Source: the human T2T-CHM13v2.0 reference genome, Homo sapiens | Direction: 5' to 3' (one strand) | Assembly (NCBI RefSeq): GCF_009914755.1 | Contig: NC_060941.1 | DNA length: 64,000 bases | Part shown: positions 54,195 to 64,000 of the stretch, piece after piece | Layout: each line of letters opens with the position of its first letter | Position numbering within the stretch: position 1 is the stretch's first letter | Notes under the pieces: model-generated | Told to the model about the DNA's origin: nothing | The model's database searches: none | What the model saw: only the letters and a program-made list of their open reading frames with translations | Made by a program: the position numbers and the translations under genes

Positions 54195-54453
54195 GGAGCC
54201 GAGGGTCGGCTCATGAGGTGCGGGGGCGGGGAATCTAGGGGGCACCCAGCTCGCTCTCCCCACCCAGGCCGGGGGAATCCAAAGCGTTTTAAATCGCTCC
54301 CAGCTCGCAAGTCGCCTGCATTCGCTCAGCACGGCCGTCTTGACGCAAGAGACGCAGGGGCCCGGGCACGCGCGCTGATTGGCTGCGGCCTGGGGGAGAG
54401 AAGCTAATAAAATCCTAAAGGCAGAAACTGCGAAAATACTTTACCCCAGCTTA

Positions 54454-54499
<46 letters not shown>

Positions 54500-54600
54500 G
54501 TCTCTGTCTCTCTCTCTCGCTCTCTCGCTCTTTCTCTCCTCTCTCTCTTCTCCCTCTCTCTCTTCTTTTCCCTCTCCACTCCTCTCTCTCTCATTCCACT
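54195..54600 (-). promoter_or_regulatory. HOXB13 5' UTR and proximal promoter
   Basis: CpG-rich. NF-Y-type CAGCCAATCAG (-) at 54375-54385, CRE-like TGACGCAA at 54341-54348, (CT/GA)n tract at 54455-54590. Confidence 0.8.
54455..54590. repeat. (CT)n-rich polypyrimidine tract
   Basis: Almost purely C/T on + strand. Confidence 0.95.
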
Positions 54601-56399
54601 TAAAAACAACAAGAGAGAAAAGGAAGGAGGTGTCCTTTCGCTGCTTTCCAGTTTGCAGAGTCTCATTTACACGTCCGGGGGGAGGGGAGGCGTGGTGGGC
54701 GGAGGAAGAGGGGACGAGGAGCCGGGCCCCACCTCCTTCTCCTCCTCTCCCTCCCTAGCTTTCTGTCTCCTGCGCTTTGACAGGTTTAACGAGAGAATAA
54801 AAAGCTCTCTCTATAAAGTGTCCATCTCCTGGGGGGGAAGGGGAGTCGGGGGTGGGGCTGGGAGGCCGCTCCCGGCCTCAGAGGAGAACCCGGGAATGCG
54901 CCTGTGTAAGAGGAGGCTGGGAAATGGGGGTTAATAGGTATTTCTGGCAGCCCCTGGCTTTGGGTCCTGGGTACTAGCACCCCAGTTCATTCCCGGTACC
55001 CTTCCTGTCCCAGATGTCCTGGAATGAGCTGCTCCGGGCCCCAGGGAGGTGCCCTGGACGCCCCTTACCCAGGGACTCGCTACTGCCCAGAATGCTCTGG
55101 AGGCCCTGATTCGGGTGAGGCTGAGGGAAGAGGCGGGAGACACGAACGTAGACGTAGAAGACATGCGATCTGGATGGAACCCAGGACACTCCACTTCCGG
55201 ACCTGAAGGGGAAATGGAGCCTCTAGAGTGGCCTGTGGAAGGGTCTGGATTTCCCTTTAAGTAAAGACATACGGAGGGACGGAGACCCACAGGACTTGAG
55301 GGAGGGACGGGGAGAGGGAGAGATGAGACTCAGGGACAGCAACACAAAGAGGGAAAGAGAGAAGCTGACAGAGCGGATGGGACAAAATCTTGTAAAATCC
55401 TGAAGTGTCAGTCAGAAAAGAGAAAGAAGAGAGGCACTTTCCCCCTTTTTTGGGATCTAAAGAAGTCTGAGGAAGCCAAGCCTGGCTGACTGCCAGAAAC
55501 CAGCTGCGGGAGTTCTGGACCCCAAGAATACAGACGCCTGTGTGGAGATGCCAGTCTCCCTGCCCTGCAGTCCTCTCCCTATGGTCTGCAAGGGGCCCAG
55601 GAAACTGTCCCTGATACTGGCATACTCCCACACAAGCTGAGTACCCAGAAAGCCCAAGACCCCTATCTGCCTCCTGCAAGCTTTAAACTTCCTTACAAGG
55701 AAAAGGGAATGGAAGGGGAAACCCCAGCCACTGGCAGAATTGCTTGAGGCCCCTCTGTTGGGGCCTAATGTGCAGTGCAATTCAGAAGAATCAAACGGTT
55801 TGTTTCACAAATCTGTCTTTAGAGGTTTTCCGCTTCCTTTACTACCCCTCCCAAATCAAATCCTTCTGTCTGCTTTTTCTAGAACTCCCAGTTTTTCTGG
55901 AGAAGACAGGAATGTTTCCATTCTACACGAGGGTCTTGACAATTATATGGAATGGCTTACCCTAAACTCTGGGCAGACTCAATCATAGCCTCTCACCAAC
56001 CTGACCTTGAACTTGAGCCACTTTGTGGGAAAGGGCCCACAGGCAGTAGTGTACATCACTCCTAATGAGCATTGCTATAATTGAAGACACCAAGCACGAA
56101 ATCTTCACTAGATCGCATTTGAAAACAATATGGAAGAAAAGGGAGGAGATGTCTCTTCAGTGCTTTCCAGTTTCTCACCAGAGTTTCTTGCTTGTCTAAT
56201 TATGAACTGCAGAAATATCCAGACTTTTACCTAAAGACTAAGAATTTTTCACCAATTTTTACTTGGTAGATGATAGATATGTAGGGCATGTCCACAGTTT
56301 TAGTTTCCACTAGGCAAACACCCACACATGCACATTTATTCATCCTTGTACAGTAGAGGCATTAATAGATCCCTAAATTTAAAAAATAATAATAGTCAT

Positions 56400-57460
<1,061 letters not shown>

Positions 57461-57759
57461 AATTAAAAACAAAAATTTTTTTAATTCATTGCAACACTTC
57501 CTGAAACTGTGCTTTTGGATGTATAGCATTCTTATCCATGTTCATTGAAATAAGTAGCCAAGTGCATGTAACTGCAGTGTTGTGGAATGCAGAGATGGTT
57601 AACTTAAACTTGGCGGGAGTGAAGGTCACCAGCTGTGCTGGAGACCCTCCTGTAAATGGATACATTTCAATACAAATAAATTCTATAGTGCTTGTTTTAT
57701 TTGCTTTACAATTTATTTAGCATCTGCTAGATCCCAGGGAACAGTTCTGGATCTCATTT

Positions 57760-58068
<309 letters not shown>

Positions 58069-58789
58069 TTTGGATCTCATATTTATTAACACTTGGGTAT
58101 GTGCCCCTATTTCCTGTACATAGGTATGTGTGTGCATCTGCCCATGACCTATCATAGATCTCAACCGGCATCAGGTAAAGTAAGATTAAGTCTCCTTATC
58201 TGTAAAATATGGATAATAATTCTTTCCTCACATACTGTGATGATATAATGAGATTTTGCACATAAAAGCATTTCACAATCTGAATAAATATGAGCTCTAT
58301 TTGTATTCCTCCATGTGTTTCTGTTTCTAATGAATTACAAGCAACCTGCTTTTACCTGAAAAGGACAGTTGCCCTAAAGAGTGTCAGTCACTTCTCACTT
58401 GCCCCCTCAGCCCTGCGTAAGCTACATAGTTCTCGCATCGGGAAACTGAGGCTCAGAGCCTCCAAGTCCTCCCTGGGGCTCTACATGGGTTCAGCGGGGA
58501 AGTCCCTGCACAACCCAGGCGTCCTGATCTTCCAGACTGACTGGGCTGAGCCTGGCCTTCCCCTAACCCCACAGATGCCTTTGTGTCCTGCTGGGAGCCT
58601 CCTGGCAGACCCTCCGGGAGCCCGGAGCCTCCCCCAGCTTTCTTTACTGACCCAGCCAAAAGCGCTGAAAGCCTCAGCGTGCTCCTTTACATACCCGCCA
58701 GACACCTCCAGGAAGGTAAAGGCCAAGTTGAAAGTTAAGAGTCTGTTTACCTCCAGGAGCCCATTCAGCTCGGCCCCACAGACAGCCTG

Positions 58790-59200
58790 TGACCTTTACA
58801 GCCCGGCCTTTGAGCGCGGCCGCCGCGCCCCCGGGGGTTCCGGCAACGGGGACTTGGCACCTCGGTGTCAGCTCCCGCCCCCACCCAGGCTAGGGACCCG
58901 CCAACGAGGGGTGGGGGCGGGAGGCGCCCACCCGTCGCACTAGTGGGCATTTGCTAAACTACGTTTTATTTTTTTGTAAAGTGAGCGCCCGCTGCCTTCG
59001 TTCTCCCAACTGGAGCAAACTCTGTGGCGGCGACGATGGCGGCCGTCAGGTCGGTGGTGATGAATAGAGAGGATTTCTCTGCAGCGCGACGCTCCCCTCT
59101 CCCGAAAGGTTGGCTCCACGGTCCCGCCGGCCGCGCAGGTCTGGCTGAACTGCTTGGGGTCGCCCGGCTCCTCTCGATTTTATGAAAATGGCCTAATTGA
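58790..59200. promoter_or_regulatory. CpG-rich element upstream of HOXB13, candidate lncRNA promoter or enhancer
   Basis: High CpG; YY1-like ATGGCGGC (59036) and AAAATGGC (59185); homeodomain motifs TTTTATGA and CTAATTG. Confidence 0.5.
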
Positions 59201-59204
59201 GGTG

Positions 59205-59620
59205 TGCTCTTTTCTTTCCTTCCTCTTTTCATCTTTTCCTTCCGTCTGCATTTTCTCTCCTCTGTCTTAGGCTTGGTATCTTCTTTTCTTTTTATATTTG
59301 TGTTTTTCTCACCGCCTTTGCTTCCTTCCATTTCAGTTATCTTGCTTTTTGTGTGTTCTTTCTTGATTTCTTTCTTTCCTTTTCTTGTTATTGCTCACTC
59401 TCTGGCTCCGCCACCCACCCCTTGCTCTATCTTCATTTTCCCTTTAGTACTTTTCTCCCTATCTTTCATCTCACTTACACTATTTTTCTCTTTGTTTGCT
59501 TTTTCTTCCTCATTTTTCCTTCTTCAGTTTTCTCATTTTTCCTTCCTCCTTCCTTTTTTTTCCTCTCTCTTCTCTATTTCTTTTTTCTTTCTCTCATCTC
59601 CGTTTTACTTCCCTTCCTCC
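59205..59620. repeat. T/C-rich low-complexity tract
   Basis: About 400 nt, strongly pyrimidine-skewed. Confidence 0.9.
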
Positions 59621-62245
59621 GCCCGCCACACACGTTTTTCCTTTGCAGCGCTCTCGCCCAGTTTTTCCATTGTTCTTCTCTGAAGTCTGGAAAGGGCCTG
59701 CGGGGCTATAGCTCTCAGCGGCCGGAGCCTGCGCTTGGCAGGGGACGGCCTGGAGGACGGCCTAGTGTGGCTGGTGGGTTCGCGGAGCCCTGCCCTGGAG
59801 CTCTGCCTGAGGCTAGAACAGCACCCGCTGGAGATGAAGGGTGACTCCGGCCTTTCGCCCTGAAACGAAGTCAAGCGGGGCCTCTCCTGGCCTTAGAGGA
59901 AAATCTTTTGGACAACTTGACAGAGGGATCCCAGAGCTAAGAGCTCAGAGGATGGAGGCATGGCTGGTCAGGAGGAGGCCCCTCTCACCTCCTCCTTCCT
60001 TCTCCAACCCAGTCAGCCCTGCGACATCCTCAGGAATTAGAACCCTCTCGGGATAAGCCTAAGTGCCTCTGAGGCCAGGGCTGAGGGAGCCAGCTATCAA
60101 AACCATGGGACAAATGGATCTGAGGAGGAATCGAAGGATGGACAGCTGAAGGGAGAGGCTTGCTCCAACAACAGGGCGGCCACGGCAGCTGCTGCGCGCC
60201 CTGACGCCGCCTAGAAACCGGAGGAGGGCCTAGCCAAGCCCAGAGAACTGTGAGTGGGGTCCAAAGAGGAGGGAGGGAGGAGAAAGGGAGGAAGGGGGTC
60301 AAATATGAGGGTCACTGAACACAGACCAAGAGTCTCCCTTCCTCTGGTCCGGCAGCTCTAGGGGAACAAGCCAGCTGTTCTTGCCTATCACGCATCACAC
60401 GTGCTGAGTAGGGAGACTGGCTGGCCCCAGAGTCCCCAGCCCCCTTCTCCAAACCTGGGCTTTAATGGGGAGTTACCCAATTCGGAGAAACAGCCCAGAT
60501 CAGACCCCAACCATTAGGAAGTCTGGTCCTAGGTGGCTGCACTGCAGAGCAATGCAGAGTCTCATGTAAGGTTCTGTTCTAGCTCAGTGTGCTGGACCAA
60601 GTCAGTTGCCCTCTCTGTGCCTCAGTTTTCCTATCTGCACTGTGTAAGGAGGGAAGGACTGGACCAGCGGACCTTTGAATCCCTGCCAGTGTTCACCTTG
60701 CACAGAAGAGTGACGACGGGCAGCAGGAGGGAAGGGAGCTTTACCGGAAGGAGAGGGAAGAAAACTGTAGAAGGAACAAGAAAGAGTCCAGGAAGCTGCC
60801 ACGGATTTTTCATGCGTGTCTAGTGCAGGCACGGTTATTAGTGCTTTGAGGGAGCCCAGCCTCTGTGGAGGCAACTGTCATGTTCTGACTCAGTTGGAGC
60901 AGCCAGCCCCACAGTGTAAATTCTGCAGTGGCTCATTAAAGGGGACCAAACTGTGTGGGAGTTCACCTCCTCCCTACTTTCCCTATAAATCCCTCCAGCC
61001 ACCCAGCACAGAGACACTTGAAAGTAAAGGAATAGGAATGGGATCCTCAAATGGGGACCCACAATTAGAGTCTTTAGGGGTTTCAACGACTTCCAGGGTC
61101 ATGGGAGACTGGGCTTTCTTTGTTCCAACCCCTGGGATACTGGATAGGACTCAGGAATTAGGAATGTATCAAAAAACCTATCTGCAAATTGAAGAAAGCA
61201 ATTTGAGTCACTTCAAGCTCTCCCACCATCTCCACTTTGTTTTTCCTTTCAGGGAATGTGGGTGTTGATGATATAACTATTAGGAAAATGCTGGCTACTC
61301 TCAGGACTGCTAGTGTAGACCCTGCCAGAGATAAAGATCGAGTCTTCATTTCTTAAATCAAGAGGAATGTCAGCACCAAGGCCCTGGCCCCTCAAGTCCT
61401 AAACCCACCTATTTGGCCTGAAGTGGAGCTGTAGCATTAACGCCTAGGGGAAAGTACAGTTTGAAAGATTTGATTTCTTACTTTGATTCCCCCATTTACC
61501 TTAATGAAAGTCCTGGGATCCTTCCAAAAACCCAGAACGTGACCATCTTGTGGCCTACCTCCCTCCTCACTGTCCCCTCAACCCCAATCCCTACAGCAAA
61601 AGCCTTTCCCCTGTCTTCCCACTAAGATCTCTGTTCCAAGAAACAAAGTTGGGAGAGGAAGAAGGCAGGCATTTCGCACACACACAGACACACAAGGTGG
61701 AGGAAAAAAATGGTCCATAATTCATCCCTACCAAGTCCTATCCAATTCATGGTGCTCATGGGTTCCCACTCCTGAGTGCCACAAAAGACTACCCTCTTGG
61801 GGCTCAATGAAGGCTTGAAAATAACACTGCTCCAAGAGTATCTGCCTTTCTGAATCTCAGCCCCAGCTTGAGATGAGCATTGGGCAGTTCCAAGTTACTG
61901 CCCTGAGGACTCTAACCTGGGGAAAGTCCATGTTAGCCAGGCCCTCAAGGTTCTGGGCCAGCCATTTACCCCAAATCCTGACACCTTCTGAGACTGGAGA
62001 AGTCTGGCTGATGGTCTGCAGCCTGTCTGCATTGACCCTACTAGTCCAGAAGTGATATCGGGCCATACACATAGGACTCCTCATCAAAGTGGGATTTGGG
62101 ATTGGAACAGAGCTCTGGGCTTTTAGTCTGCCTTGGCTCTGAATCACTTGAACTTAAACTGATCATTCTTTCCCTTTACTCCTTCAGAGGTTTTCTAAGA
62201 GTTCTGAGAGGGAAAGTAAAATGCTCTTCACTTTAAATTGTAAAA

Positions 62246-63232
<987 letters not shown>

Positions 63233-64000
63233 GAATCCTTCTATGAAATCCTTAATTAGGGCTCTCTGCTTAGGGGATATGTAGAGCTCCCCACCTTTCC
63301 CTTCTCTTAAAGAGCAGAGAGCTCCAAATTCCCTGGCTCCCCAAACTAGTCAGTTGGTGTTTGGGGTTAGGAGAATCCTTGGAGATCATGCAGTGCTAGC
63401 AAGCTTTGTACTTGGGTAGCTGGGTGGCAGATGCCTTGGCAAGTTTGCTGTCTTGCCCAATTCAGAGAGAAATGACCTCAGGCAACCCATGGCCAGTTCT
63501 GTGGTACCAGGCAGCTCTGAGCTACTGAAGTGGGAGCAGGAGAAGAAATAAAGAATACAAAAGGCAGACAGCTATGGCAGCTGGATGCAGTTTTAGAGTT
63601 TCTGGTGATGCCCTGACTGTTCTCCATGCCTGCCCCAGGAGAATCCAAAAAGTCAGGCAGTCCGGGACTTGTGTATGTGGAAGCTCACACATTCAGGATG
63701 TTGTTCTGGTTCCAGCTCAATGTCCACTAAGTCCTAAGGACTCAAAGCTTGGTCACAAGGGTAGCCCCTCCCAGGCTGAAAAACTGCTGGTCTAGCTCTG
63801 TGAGGCAAGGCCAGGGCTCCCCGTTTCTTAATTTCGAGGTGAACCTGGAAACTTTCCCTAGAAATGGTGCTTAGCCCCAGAGACAGGTTGGGGAGCTGGG
63901 GAAGAACCATGGGAAGCAAACCCTGGTCTCTCCATGCCCTCCACCCTCTCAATAACCTGTCCGGCCCAGACCCAGCCCAGATCTCCAGCTGCCTTGGGTG

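Noticed and set aside
53715-54407. 230-aa + strand ORF (also 52142-52657, 171 aa)
   Set aside because: Antisense shadows of GC-rich HOXB13 coding exons; non-ATG or weak starts and no recognisable domain.
58290-58943. 217-aa ATG-initiated ORF upstream of HOXB13
   Set aside because: No domain; starts in repeat-like AT-rich DNA and runs into GC-rich sequence where long chance ORFs are expected.
59197-59844. 215-aa and 159-aa Phe/Leu/Ser-rich membrane-like ORFs
   Set aside because: Produced by a pyrimidine low-complexity tract that lacks stop codons.

Overview
Human (primate) genomic DNA from the 5' end of the HOXB cluster (17q21.32). It is recognisable from the complete two-exon HOXB13 gene on the minus strand (CDS 54194-53594 + 52644-52391, 284 aa, reference Gly84). 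Immediately 3' of HOXB13 is a compact module: PRAC2 (+, 90-aa ORF), the MIR3185 hairpin (-) and PRAC1 (-, 57 aa in two exons, too short and split to appear in the ORF track). Bases ~1-47,400 are the repeat-rich interval towards HOXB9. They contain dozens of Alus, a ~12 kb fragmented old L1, MaLR LTRs, Charlie1 and MER46C DNA transposons, and processed pseudogenes of RPL9 and COX6B1. Bases ~47,500-56,400 are essentially repeat-free and CpG-rich. Most ORF-track entries are Alu, L1, low-complexity or antisense shadows. I found no clearly new multi-gene system. The most noteworthy observations are: (1) the interlocked HOXB13/PRAC2/miR-3185 3' ends; (2) the Alu-monomer origin of the PRAC1 C-terminus and polyA signal; (3) a locally templated copy of the RPL9 pseudogene 5' end; (4) a palindromic double-forkhead site near a HOX13/MEIS motif; (5) a probable ancient CR1/L3 reverse-transcriptase remnant; (6) an inverted duplication inside an AT/CA microsatellite. 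Gene names and repeat family calls come from recognition of known sequences, not from a database search.
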